DNA of 64,000 nt from an uncultured bacterium (GTDB lineage: Bacteria > Verrucomicrobiota > Kiritimatiellia > RFP12 > UBA1067): assembly GCA_902802945.1 (NCBI GenBank), contig CADCOC010000017.1, positions 17,599 through 81,598 on the forward strand, written 5' to 3'. A program made the translations under genes and the position numbers. The notes below the pieces were generated by a model. The model was not told the DNA's origin. It ran no database searches and saw only the letters and a list, made by a program, of their open reading frames with translations. Positions 1-9,105 of the stretch are shown here, piece after piece; position 1 is the first letter of the stretch; the number at the start of each line of letters is the position of its first letter.

Positions 1-2036
1 ACATCGAATCGACCGGCAGCGAATGGATCAGCACGGGCTGGATCGGATCGTTCGACGACGAGTACGACATCTCGTTCCGCAGCCTGAAGCCGCCGTCCGC
101 GTGGTTCATGCTCGGATCCTACGGCCCGACGATCAGTGGCCGTTACACGGTGGTGCAGAGCACTGGGTCAAATGTGTTTGCGGTTTATTTCAATGGGTCG
201 GGCAACAACAAGGGAATCACCGCGGAGCAGAACGTCGATTACCGCATCAAAGCGTCATTCAAGTATGGTGAGCAGGTTGCTTACATCAGTGAGAACGGCG
301 GGGACTTCGCGCTTTTGGGCGAGCTTGCCTTGGCGGAAAATCCCGCAAACACGATGGCGCCGCTCTACCTGTTCTGCCGCAACTGCGCGAACTCGAGCGT
401 CGACAACGTCGCGATGGCGCGTCTCTACGCCTGCTCCATCACGCACAACGGAACGCTCGTGCGCGACTTCGCGCCGTGCGTGAAGAACGGCGAGGCGGGC
501 CTCTACGACCGCGTGAGCGGACACTTCCACGGCAACATCTCCGGCGCCGGCGCGTTCATCGCGGGTGAAGGCAGCGCAGCGCCCGCCGCAGTCTATTCCT
601 ACACCGTGCCGACGAACGGCGTGGGGGTGGCGACGGACCACGCGAGCAGGGTCGGCGCGGTGACGGCCATCTCAGCGGTCGGGCAGCGCGTCTCCGCCAC
701 GGCATCCGTCACGGCGCTCGGCCTCGGCGACACGTATCCCTCCTTCGAGTGGTGGGTCGAGGGCGGCAACGTCACGAACGCCATTGCATTCGCCGCGATT
801 CCGGAGAACGACACGGCAGCGTCCCGCGAGTACTCGACGACGTTCGACGCGGTCGACGCGTGGGGGCAGACCGTCTATTGCCGTTTCGCGGTTTCCAACG
901 TCTATACAAGCGCGGCGGGCGGAACGTGCGTCTGGTCGGACAAGTCCGGCGCAAGGACGGTCACGCCGATCGACGACTGCACCTACACGTGGCAGGACGT
1001 CAACGGCGACTGGAACGGCGACTGGACGAACGCGGCGCACTGGGCGAGTGACCGTCCCGGCAACTGCATCGGGACTCCCACTGCCACGTCGTCCGTCTTC
1101 TTCCCGACAGGATCGACTTCGCGCGTGACGATGCCGGATGGACTTGTCGAGGTGAACAGGCTCGGCATAGACGCCCCAGGACTTTCTGTGGAGTTTTTCA
1201 ACGCGTCCAACGCCACGACGCTCAAGCCGGGCGGGTTTGCGATCGCAGGGGACACGACGGGTGTGTCGTTGAACCAGAACCTCGTGTTCGACGGCGTGAG
1301 TCTGGAGAAGAAACAGCCGTCTTCGGCGGTTTTCGTCTGTAGCGCATCCACATTCGCGCTGCGCGGCGGCGCGACGATCAACTCCACGGCTGTCGATATG
1401 ATCAACACGCAGAACACCGGATACACCGGCAGACTTGAAGTCGGTGCGGGGGCGCGCTGGCCGACGGAGGGAGAGGTTTCGCTGCTGCGCGTCGGTGGCG
1501 ATGGCGTCGTGCGTGTTGACGGCACGCTCAACGTAAAGGAATTCAAGATCGGGCAGTACGGCAATTGGGGCGGCGGTACGCTTGAGATCGGCGGTACGAA
1601 TCCCGTGGTGAACGTGAGCAAGCTGCTGCGCTGCTGGAACGGCAATACCTACGTCAACCCCTCGTATGTCACGTTCGACATCCCGGCGGAAAGCTGGGCG
1701 GCGGCTCCGCTGCGGGGCGGCGCGGCAGCGGATCCGCTCGCCGGTTCCGCGGCGGACAGTGCGAGCGTAGAGGCAAAGATGATCATTTCCGTTCCGGGGG
1801 ATGCGGCGATCATCGCGGCGCGGAAGGGGCACAGGAGGCCGTTCCGCGTGCCGCTCATCTCGTGGCCGACCGGCATCACAGTTGACCGCTGCGAACTCGC
1901 CAACGACAATCCAAAGCATATTCGCTATGCGTGGACGTACGGCGGCACGGATTCCGAGGTTGACGACGGCAATCCGCCAACCGGCCTTGCCGCCTACATC
2001 ACCGGCTCCGGCGGCATGATGCTGATTGTGAGGTGA
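1..2036 (+). CDS. Secreted repeat-module surface protein, 5'-truncated by the window edge (lectin-like module + beta-strand repeat region + conserved C-terminal tail)
   Basis: Frame 3 is open from nt 3 (IESTGSEWISTGW...), so the ATG at 108 is internal. The first ~590 nt are a copy of the module also seen at 58975-60800 and 61066-62215, ending LVRDFAPCVKNGEAGLYDRVSGHF. The protein ends GGMMLIVR. Confidence 0.85.
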   Translation, partial: IESTGSEWISTGWIGSFDDEYDISFRSLKPPSAWFMLGSYGPTISGRYTVVQSTGSNVFAVYFNGSGNNKGITAEQNVDYRIKASFKYGEQVAYISENGGDFALLGELALAENPANTMAPLYLFCRNCANSSVDNVAMARLYACSITHNGTLVRDFAPCVKNGEAGLYDRVSGHFHGNISGAGAFIAGEGSAAPAAVYSYTVPTNGVGVATDHASRVGAVTAISAVGQRVSATASVTALGLGDTYPSFEWWVEGGNVTNAIAFAAIPENDTAASREYSTTFDAVDAWGQTVYCRFAVSNVYTSAAGGTCVWSDKSGARTVTPIDDCTYTWQDVNGDWNGDWTNAAHWASDRPGNCIGTPTATSSVFFPTGSTSRVTMPDGLVEVNRLGIDAPGLSVEFFNASNATTLKPGGFAIAGDTTGVSLNQNLVFDGVSLEKKQPSSAVFVCSASTFALRGGATINSTAVDMINTQNTGYTGRLEVGAGARWPTEGEVSLLRVGGDGVVRVDGTLNVKEFKIGQYGNWGGGTLEIGGTNPVVNVSKLLRCWNGNTYVNPSYVTFDIPAESWAAAPLRGGAAADPLAGSAADSASVEAKMIISVPGDAAIIAARKGHRRPFRVPLISWPTGITVDRCELANDNPKHIRYAWTYGGTDSEVDDGNPPTGLAAYITGSGGMMLIVR

Positions 2037-2071
2037 GTTAGTGGTTAGTAGTTAGTGGTTAGTGGCTAGTG
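2037..2071. repeat. Five tandem heptanucleotide repeats (GTTAGTG GTTAGTA GTTAGTG GTTAGTG GCTAGTG) filling the intergenic gap
   Basis: Read directly. The array starts immediately after the TGA at 2034-2036 and runs into the start region of the next gene. The 7-nt period places TAG stops in all three frames. Confidence 0.9.
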
Positions 2072-2074
2072 GAA

Positions 2075-2902
2075 ATGCAGATGACGAGAAAAGAATTTGT
2101 TTTAGGAGTAGGTGCATTTGCGGCCGTGCCCACAGTGGCGGGCGTGGTTCCGCTGGTGCGGTTTGGCGTGGTGACGGACGCGCATTACGCCGACAGGGCA
2201 CAGACCGGAAACGTTGACTACCGTGGCGCGCTCGCAAAGCTTCAGGCAGCCGTCGCGAGGCTTGAGGGGCGCGGACTCGACTTCGTCATCGAGCTGGGCG
2301 ACTTCAAGGACGATTCGGGATCGGCGTCCGCCACGCTTGCGAAGCTCGACGAGATCGAGGCGGCATTCACCTCGTTCTCCGGCGGACACTACCATGTGAT
2401 GGGCAACCACGATACGGACGTGCTGACGAAGGACGAGTTCTTCGCGCACGTCTCCAACACGGGATTCGCCGCCGCGCAGGGGTATTACTCGTTCGTGCGC
2501 GGCGGTGTGAAGTTCATCGTGCTGGACGCGAACTTCAACAGCGATTCCGACTCTGACCATTACTCGCGTGGAAACTGGACATGGAGCGTGGCGTACATCC
2601 CGCCGGCGGAACGCGCCTGGCTGGAGGCGGAACTCGCCGCCGCGACGGGTCCCGTGGTCGTGTTCTGCCATCAGCGGCTCGACGGGACGGGTTCGTATTT
2701 CGTCAAGAACGCGGCGGAGGTTCGTCGGATCATCGAGAAGTCGTGCAAGGTGATCGGCGTGTTCGCCGGACACGAGCACGCGGGCGGCAGAAACTGCATG
2801 AACGGCGTCAGCTACTACACGCTACGCTCGCTGGCCGAGAGTGGACAGAGCTTCGAGGTAGCGTGTTATTCGAATGGTGTATCCGTTTTCGGGCGAGTAT
2901 AG
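2075..2902 (+). CDS. Exported calcineurin-like metallophosphoesterase
   Basis: N-terminal signal-like MQMTRKEFVLGVGAFAAVPTVAG. Metallophosphoesterase motifs are VVTDAHY, ELGDFKD, MGNHD, FCHQRL and AGHEHAG. The start is uncertain (GTG 2069, ATG 2075 or ATG 2081). Confidence 0.85.
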   Translation: MQMTRKEFVLGVGAFAAVPTVAGVVPLVRFGVVTDAHYADRAQTGNVDYRGALAKLQAAVARLEGRGLDFVIELGDFKDDSGSASATLAKLDEIEAAFTSFSGGHYHVMGNHDTDVLTKDEFFAHVSNTGFAAAQGYYSFVRGGVKFIVLDANFNSDSDSDHYSRGNWTWSVAYIPPAERAWLEAELAAATGPVVVFCHQRLDGTGSYFVKNAAEVRRIIEKSCKVIGVFAGHEHAGGRNCMNGVSYYTLRSLAESGQSFEVACYSNGVSVFGRV

Positions 2903-3015
2903 TTCACAAGTCACAAGCGTCAATTTCGCCTTGAATCCGCCTGCGATTTTTGGTATTCTTTTTTCCGTTACCTTTGGGGGTGAGTGTAACCCTTGAATGG
3001 AGCAAGGAAAGAATA

Positions 3016-3024
3016 TGGTATAAT
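3016..3024 (+). promoter_or_regulatory. Extended -10 element TGgTATAAT, 7 nt upstream of the ATG at 3032 (possible leaderless transcript)
   Basis: Sequence aTGgTATAATaagagccATG. There is no Shine-Dalgarno between the box and the ATG. The same TGnTAnAnT geometry recurs at 30833-30844 and 47983-47991. Confidence 0.4.
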
Positions 3025-3031
3025 AAGAGCC

Positions 3032-4624
3032 ATGAGACCGATAGAGACATCAACGAGCGACTTTGCCGACCTCCGCAGGAACGGCACGATCTACGTTGAC
3101 AAGACGGCGTGGTTCCACCGCCTTGCCAGCGACATGGGACGGAAGATATGTTTCCTTTCGCGCCCGCGCCGCTTTGGCAAGTCGCTGATGATCACAGCCC
3201 TCAAGGAGATCTTCAGCGGCAACCGCGAGCTGTTCGACGGACTGGCAATTTCCAAGACGGACTGGAAGTGGGAGAAGTGGCCTGTCATCCATTTCAACTT
3301 CGGGGATGCCGATCCCACAAGCGTTGAGGCATTCGACCGCGATTTTGGGCCCAATGTAAGGAGACGTCTCGAAAGCGCTGGGTTCGAAGGCTATGATGAC
3401 GCGAGGTCGCCTGGTTTCAACTTCGGCAATGCCATTGACGTTCTTTCGAAGGAAAACGGCGGGCGCGGGGTCGTGATACTCATCGACGAGTACGACGCGC
3501 CAGTCTCGCACGCCCTTTCCGACCTGCCGCGCGCGGAAGCGATACGCGACAGGCTCTCCGCTTTCTACAGCGTCATGAAGGATCGCACGGGGTCGATCCG
3601 CTTCATGATGATGACGGGCGTCTCGAAGTTCACCAAGATGTCGGTATTCTCGTGCCTGAACAACATCGTCGACATCTCCATGCGCAGGGAGTACGCCACG
3701 ATGCTCGGCTACACGGAGGAGGAGCTTGAGGCGAACTTCGATGAGCATCTGCACGAACACGCCTCGATAATGGGGTTGTCCTACGAGGACTACCGCGCCG
3801 AGATGAAGCGGTGGTTCAACGGCTTCAGGTTTTCGCCAAGCGACCCGACAACGGTTTACAACCCAATTTCAATCGCGCTGACGCTTGATGCGAAGGAGAC
3901 GTTCTTCCGCTCCACCTGGTCGTCCACGGGTCGCGCGTCGTCGCTGATGAACTGCCTGAAGCGGTGGGACATGCTCGCAATCGACCCGGAGCGGACGAAG
4001 AACGTTACGGATCAGGAGTTTGACGTTACCAACCTTGCGGACCTGAAACCGATAGGAATGCTTTTCCAGACTGGATACCTGACCATCAAAGACTACGACG
4101 CCGGGCTTTACACCCTGGGCGTGCCGGACGAGGAGGTACGCCAGGACCTCAACCTGCTCATGGCCGGCGTGGCGGCGGACGAGAGCGTGGCCTGGGCCTC
4201 AAGTCTTGGCGCGAAGCTCCGCGGATGCGACTGGAACGGTTTCTTCGCGGGCCTCAAGTCGCTCTACGCGAAGATGGCGTACGGCTCCACCGAGTCGTCC
4301 GTCCACGAGAACTCCTACGCGCGCTGCCTTTCGTTCCTCCTTGCGGGGAGCGGGTTCCGCTTCACGATGGAGGACGTGCAGGCGAGCGGGCGCGCCGACA
4401 TCGTGGCATCGCACGTCAACGGCGTGTTCATCTTCGAGCTGAAGGTGGGCGAACCCGTTGACCGCGCCTTTGCGCAGATACGCAGGAAGAACTATGCCGA
4501 GCCATACCTCGCCTCCGGCAGTCCCATCTGGCTCATCGGCCTTTCCTTCGATCCCGACTCGCGGCTTCTCGTTGAAGCTGCCGCAGAACCGTATTTCACC
4601 CCCAAAAAGGAGGACAGACAATGA
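3032..4624 (+). CDS. AAA-ATPase-like protein with C-terminal PD-(D/E)XK nuclease-like domain (PF09820/PF08011-type architecture)
   Basis: N-terminus TIYVDKTAWFHRL...FLSRPRRFGKSL is the typical opening of the 'predicted AAA-ATPase' family. The C-terminus has GRADIVAS...VFIFELKVG, a D...ExK nuclease-like motif. The stop overlaps the next start (ATGA at 4621-4624). Confidence 0.8.
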   Translation: MRPIETSTSDFADLRRNGTIYVDKTAWFHRLASDMGRKICFLSRPRRFGKSLMITALKEIFSGNRELFDGLAISKTDWKWEKWPVIHFNFGDADPTSVEAFDRDFGPNVRRRLESAGFEGYDDARSPGFNFGNAIDVLSKENGGRGVVILIDEYDAPVSHALSDLPRAEAIRDRLSAFYSVMKDRTGSIRFMMMTGVSKFTKMSVFSCLNNIVDISMRREYATMLGYTEEELEANFDEHLHEHASIMGLSYEDYRAEMKRWFNGFRFSPSDPTTVYNPISIALTLDAKETFFRSTWSSTGRASSLMNCLKRWDMLAIDPERTKNVTDQEFDVTNLADLKPIGMLFQTGYLTIKDYDAGLYTLGVPDEEVRQDLNLLMAGVAADESVAWASSLGAKLRGCDWNGFFAGLKSLYAKMAYGSTESSVHENSYARCLSFLLAGSGFRFTMEDVQASGRADIVASHVNGVFIFELKVGEPVDRAFAQIRRKNYAEPYLASGSPIWLIGLSFDPDSRLLVEAAAEPYFTPKKEDRQ

Positions 4625-7600
4625 AACTGAATGCGATGATTGTAGGCAAGGCGCGGCGAATCGCCGCATCCCTCGTCGCGCTTGCGGCGATGTTCGCGAC
4701 GTCCGCCGCGATGGCGGCGGTCAACAACCTCGAAAGCTACCACTTCCGCTTCGACTTTTCGAAGGGTGCGAATGAGTTTTCGTCCTCCCCGAATTACGCG
4801 GACTTCAACTTCGTCGGTGCGAATACGGCGCCGACAAACGGGCCTAACGGAGCGTCGAGCGCCGCGACAACGACAAGCACGTCGTGGAAGCCGTTCACTT
4901 CGGCAACGGTTCTCAGCAACAGCTGGACGATTGCCACATCGCTTTCTCCGGCAGCAGTGGACAACGCCGTCGTGTTCAGCGTAGGACGTCTGAACACGGG
5001 CGGAACCCGGGCTGTTGCGATATGCACATCCAGCGACAAAAGCAAGCTTCTCGTGCGGCTGATGTATCGGAGCGGAAGCACCATTACGTGTACCGAAAAG
5101 GAGATGACGGGGCTTGGCGATGTCACGCAGGGGTTTCATACGCTTGTCGTCGCGTATCAGTCCGATGCTGATAACCACGGTACACTTAAGTTCTACTGGG
5201 ACGGTGCCGAGAAGCAGTCCCACAAGTATTCATCAGACACCAGGTGGTTTGGGGTTCCGGCCAATCCTGGCGGCATCCAGTTCAATACGCTTGTTTCAAG
5301 GGGCAATTATACTGAAAACGGCGGCAAGACTTTCGTTTACGAAAACGGCATCCACTCCTTTTACGACTTCCGTTTCTACAGCGGAGATTTTGCTGCTGCC
5401 GACGCGACGGCATACGCTGCGCTCTATCCATGCACCTACCCGTTCCGTCCGAGCGCATACGTGGAATCGGGTGCGACGAGCACGACTGCCAACGCGACCG
5501 TTGGCAACTACATCGACACTGGCTATCTTGCGCAAGGTGCGACAACGCGCTTTGCGGCGGACTTCCAGTTCCTTGACGTGCGCGGGCAGCAGCGAATCTT
5601 CGGCGCACGCGGCACTTTCGTTCAGGGACTTTACATTAACGGTAGTGCTGCAACCGGCGGCAAACTTGCCTGGAATTTCATGGGGGCTGCCAAATGGGTC
5701 AGTATGAATGTCGATGCCGCAAGGTTTCGGCAAATCGCGACGTTCGACCGCGTGGGAAAAACCATCGCCGTCACGAACTACGACGATCGTGCGCAGTTCT
5801 ACTACAATAACAATCAGGCCGATTTCCTGAAAGACACGAGCAACGCCGATAGCACCACTTACCTCTTCGCGGAAAACAATTCAGGTGCCAAATGTTGTGG
5901 CAAGGCGCGCATCTACTCCTTCGAGGCGGACGAGAACGGCTCCCCAGCCGCATTTTTCGCACCCGACATGGATAACGGCGAGGCGGGCTTCAGGAACATC
6001 ATCGACGGCTCGTTCAAGGGCGACGGCAACAAGAACAACAACCCCGAACGGACGCTCCGGTTCTACAACGGCGTCGGCTGCGCGGACGACTACAAGTACG
6101 AGAATTCCACGCTGTATGCGAAGCTGTACGCATCTTCCGATGACGGCGGCACTGTGAGCGTCGCAGAAGGCACTGTGGCGGTATTCGCCGAAGGGTGGGT
6201 TCCGCACGGCGGCACACTCGCGCTTTCGGCGACTCCGCCCGCCGACATGGAATTCAAGGAATGGACGGGCGATACGTGGGCGATTGCGAATGGTTTCAGC
6301 AAGACGGACGCTTCCATTGAGGTGTCAACGCCCTACGCCGTGCAGCTGCGCGCGACGTTCAAGCCTGCTGCGAATGCGTTGCTCACCATCGCCGCCGACG
6401 GTGCGAACGCCGTCAACTGGAGTGCCGCCGATTGGCGTTCTGTCGATGATGCCTCCGTTGCAATCTCTGCGCCGATTGACAAGGAAGTGACGGTCATCGC
6501 CCACAAGAGCGTGACGCTCACCCTTGACGCCGACGTTTCGCTGAGCAAGTTCATCGTGCAGGCGGATGACAACTGCGTTGTCACGTTCGCCTCAGGCACC
6601 GGCGGGTCGTTCTACGCGAGCGAGGTGGTCGTCTCGAACGGCGTCCTCAAGCTGGGGGCGGATGGCATTCTTGGCGCGACTCCAAAGGTGGCCATCAAGG
6701 ACGGCGGCACGTTCGACTTCAACGGCAAGGTGGTCGGTGACGGCGAGGTGGCGTCCGGGAAGATTGTGACCGAGTTCCACATCGCGGGCGCTGGCGCGGG
6801 TAACTGGCCGTGGGCGCTCACGTCTTCTGCGAACATGACAAACAGCAAGAATGTCGGCATGCTCCACTTGGACGCCAATGCGACGGTCGGCGGCGCAAAC
6901 GCGCTGTGGCTGGGCGTGCGCAATGGCGCTGAATGGAGCGCTGCCAACAAAAACCTGAACCTCAATGGCTTTACGCTCACGAAGACGGGCACAGGAACGC
7001 TACAAGTCCGCAGGCCCTACTCGAGGAACGAAGGGACGATTGACGTGCAGTCTGGATCGGTGAAGGTGTCTGGCTGGAGCAACGCAAATGCGGCGTATGG
7101 AGAGAGCTGTGTCAGCAACATCGTGCTAATCTTGAGGGATGGGACTTCGGCGGAGAATAGCGTAGGCTATCCACTCTATTTCAAGGTGCTTGACGTACGC
7201 GGGGGCTCGCTCTCGAGTTCCACGGGTGCTTTTGGCGTAAACGAGGAAATCATCCTCGACCCGATACGCAATCCAATTTCGCTCCAGGCCGCGCCAGCGT
7301 TCGCATCCGGCGCGAAGGTCGTGCTTGCGAATTCGTATGCCGACGTCACGTGCGGCAAGCTCGTGCTGATGACGTGGAGCGGTTCGGGCACTGTCACGCC
7401 GCCCGCGTTCGACGCGTCGTGCGTGGGCGGAACGTCCGACGGCCTGACGGTCGAGACGGCGCCCGATGGCACAAGCCGCCAGCTTGTTCTGCGTGTGGGC
7501 GGCTACGAGGAGAACGCCAAGGCGATCCGCATCGCGCCGATCGGCGACTCCATCACGCAGGGCGTGACGAAGGACGACCAGGGCGACTATCCGCAGTACC

Positions 7601-9081
7601 GCACGACCATGGCGGCGCATCTTGCCGCGCATGGCTACAGGCCCACGCTGTGCGGAATCTGGAAGTACGCGGATCAAGACAAGGCGGGCGTTCACGCTCC
7701 CGATGAATGGGCGTGGCACACGGGCGTGAGCGGCGACGCCATCATCACCACGGACAAGAGCGGCGGCGTGCTGGACAACCTGCACCTCTATCTGGACGTG
7801 ATCGGCAAGCCGGACGTCATCACGCTGCTCATCGGGACGAACGACATGGGACGCAACGGCAAGTCTGCGGAGGAGACATACGTGAACTGGACGAACCTCG
7901 TGTGGGAAATCGTCCGGCAGCGGCCCGGCGTCAAGATCGTGGCCTCCACGGTTCTCGACAGGAAGGACAACTCGGACGGCGTGAAGGCCAAGGTGGCGGC
8001 GTTCAACGCGCTCCTGAAGTCCGACATGAACGCGGGCAACCTGCCCGCCAACCTGAGTCTGGTGGATCTCTTCGACGCCGTGCCGCTGGCGACGGCGGGC
8101 AACTTCTTCTCGGACGAGCTGCATCCGAACTGGCAGGGCCACGCGATCATGGCGAAGGGCTTTGCCGACGGCATCATGTCCGCCTGCCCCTATGCGTCGT
8201 TCACGCCGACGGTTGACGACACGGCGACGAACGAGGCACAGAGCCCGCTGGGCGCGTACGGCATCGACGAGCTGGCCGAGTACCGCAGCGGCTTCCGCCA
8301 TGTCTATACGATCGACGCGGCGGAGACGAATTCCTTCCCCAATTCCGGCATCGCGCCCTACACGGCGACGAATGCCGTCCTGCGGTCCAGCAAAAAGCTC
8401 GCCAAGGTGGGCTACTACATGGAGCTGGTGAGGAAGGGGACGAACCGCCGTCGGTGGGTGTGGGTGGACATGGATGCGCGCGGCAAGACGCTGGGCGACG
8501 TGTCCCTGCCGTGGGACGCCAACCCTGATCGGCCCCGGCAGTTCATCGTCGAGAAGCTGCACGTCAAGTCCAACGACAGCGCCGTCCACGCCGTCGCGCC
8601 GACGGACGACTCGGTCAGCGGCGTTTTCGAGGGAACGCCCTACAACTATGGCGCCGGCGGGACGACGGCGCAGCTTTCCGGGGCGCCGGCGAACCTGATG
8701 ACGGGCGGATTCGGCTGGAACGACAACATGACCGGCACGTCGAGCGGGTACGGGTGTTTCCAGATGCACCGCATCTTCACGGCTGAGCAGAAGGCGGCGG
8801 CCGGCGTCCCGCACGATGCGGAGGTTCTGTTCGCGTGGAACAGGTGGGGTTCCAACAGCGACAACCCAAACCACGCCGACGACATCGGCATCGGCACGTA
8901 TGCGTGCCATGCGGCCGGAGTCATCAATTCATCGAGGGAAGGCAACCTGGACTACACGCAGACCGCGAACGGGCAGGGGAACCTGGCCGACACGGTGTCC
9001 GCCAAGGCATATCAGGTGCGTCGAATCGAGATTTGGGTGGTGGAGCCGCCGCCAAAGGGCGTCATGATTATCGCATACTGA
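4621..9081 (+). CDS. Giant secreted multidomain protein: LamG-like + lectin-like module + InlB-B-repeat-like + PATR-like repeats + SGNH/GDSL esterase + unknown C-terminal domain
   Basis: Signal peptide AASLVALAAMFATSAAMA. LamG-like opening NLESYHFRFDFSKG. Module from YVESGATS...YIDTGY to ARIYSFEADENG...AGFRNIIDGSF. InlB-like W..GDTWAIANGF...LRATF. SGNH blocks are IGDSITQG, LLIGTNDMG and DELHPNWQGH. The protein ends KGVMIIAY. Confidence 0.9.
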   Translation: MKLNAMIVGKARRIAASLVALAAMFATSAAMAAVNNLESYHFRFDFSKGANEFSSSPNYADFNFVGANTAPTNGPNGASSAATTTSTSWKPFTSATVLSNSWTIATSLSPAAVDNAVVFSVGRLNTGGTRAVAICTSSDKSKLLVRLMYRSGSTITCTEKEMTGLGDVTQGFHTLVVAYQSDADNHGTLKFYWDGAEKQSHKYSSDTRWFGVPANPGGIQFNTLVSRGNYTENGGKTFVYENGIHSFYDFRFYSGDFAAADATAYAALYPCTYPFRPSAYVESGATSTTANATVGNYIDTGYLAQGATTRFAADFQFLDVRGQQRIFGARGTFVQGLYINGSAATGGKLAWNFMGAAKWVSMNVDAARFRQIATFDRVGKTIAVTNYDDRAQFYYNNNQADFLKDTSNADSTTYLFAENNSGAKCCGKARIYSFEADENGSPAAFFAPDMDNGEAGFRNIIDGSFKGDGNKNNNPERTLRFYNGVGCADDYKYENSTLYAKLYASSDDGGTVSVAEGTVAVFAEGWVPHGGTLALSATPPADMEFKEWTGDTWAIANGFSKTDASIEVSTPYAVQLRATFKPAANALLTIAADGANAVNWSAADWRSVDDASVAISAPIDKEVTVIAHKSVTLTLDADVSLSKFIVQADDNCVVTFASGTGGSFYASEVVVSNGVLKLGADGILGATPKVAIKDGGTFDFNGKVVGDGEVASGKIVTEFHIAGAGAGNWPWALTSSANMTNSKNVGMLHLDANATVGGANALWLGVRNGAEWSAANKNLNLNGFTLTKTGTGTLQVRRPYSRNEGTIDVQSGSVKVSGWSNANAAYGESCVSNIVLILRDGTSAENSVGYPLYFKVLDVRGGSLSSSTGAFGVNEEIILDPIRNPISLQAAPAFASGAKVVLANSYADVTCGKLVLMTWSGSGTVTPPAFDASCVGGTSDGLTVETAPDGTSRQLVLRVGGYEENAKAIRIAPIGDSITQGVTKDDQGDYPQYRTTMAAHLAAHGYRPTLCGIWKYADQDKAGVHAPDEWAWHTGVSGDAIITTDKSGGVLDNLHLYLDVIGKPDVITLLIGTNDMGRNGKSAEETYVNWTNLVWEIVRQRPGVKIVASTVLDRKDNSDGVKAKVAAFNALLKSDMNAGNLPANLSLVDLFDAVPLATAGNFFSDELHPNWQGHAIMAKGFADGIMSACPYASFTPTVDDTATNEAQSPLGAYGIDELAEYRSGFRHVYTIDAAETNSFPNSGIAPYTATNAVLRSSKKLAKVGYYMELVRKGTNRRRWVWVDMDARGKTLGDVSLPWDANPDRPRQFIVEKLHVKSNDSAVHAVAPTDDSVSGVFEGTPYNYGAGGTTAQLSGAPANLMTGGFGWNDNMTGTSSGYGCFQMHRIFTAEQKAAAGVPHDAEVLFAWNRWGSNSDNPNHADDIGIGTYACHAAGVINSSREGNLDYTQTANGQGNLADTVSAKAYQVRRIEIWVVEPPPKGVMIIAY

Positions 9082-9105
9082 GGATTCTCATCATAAGGAG
9101 ATTAT

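Noticed and set aside
108-2036. ATG at 108 as the true start of the first gene.
   Set aside because: The frame is open to nt 3, and the upstream residues (IESTGSEWISTGW...) align with the beginning of the repeat module in the paralogs. The gene continues beyond the window edge.
9055-9081. C-terminal tails interpreted as PEP-CTERM, LPXTG or T9SS CTD signals.
   Set aside because: There is no PEP or LPXTG motif, no transmembrane helix with a basic cluster, and the conserved element is only about 7-8 residues. It is kept as an unclassified candidate signal instead.
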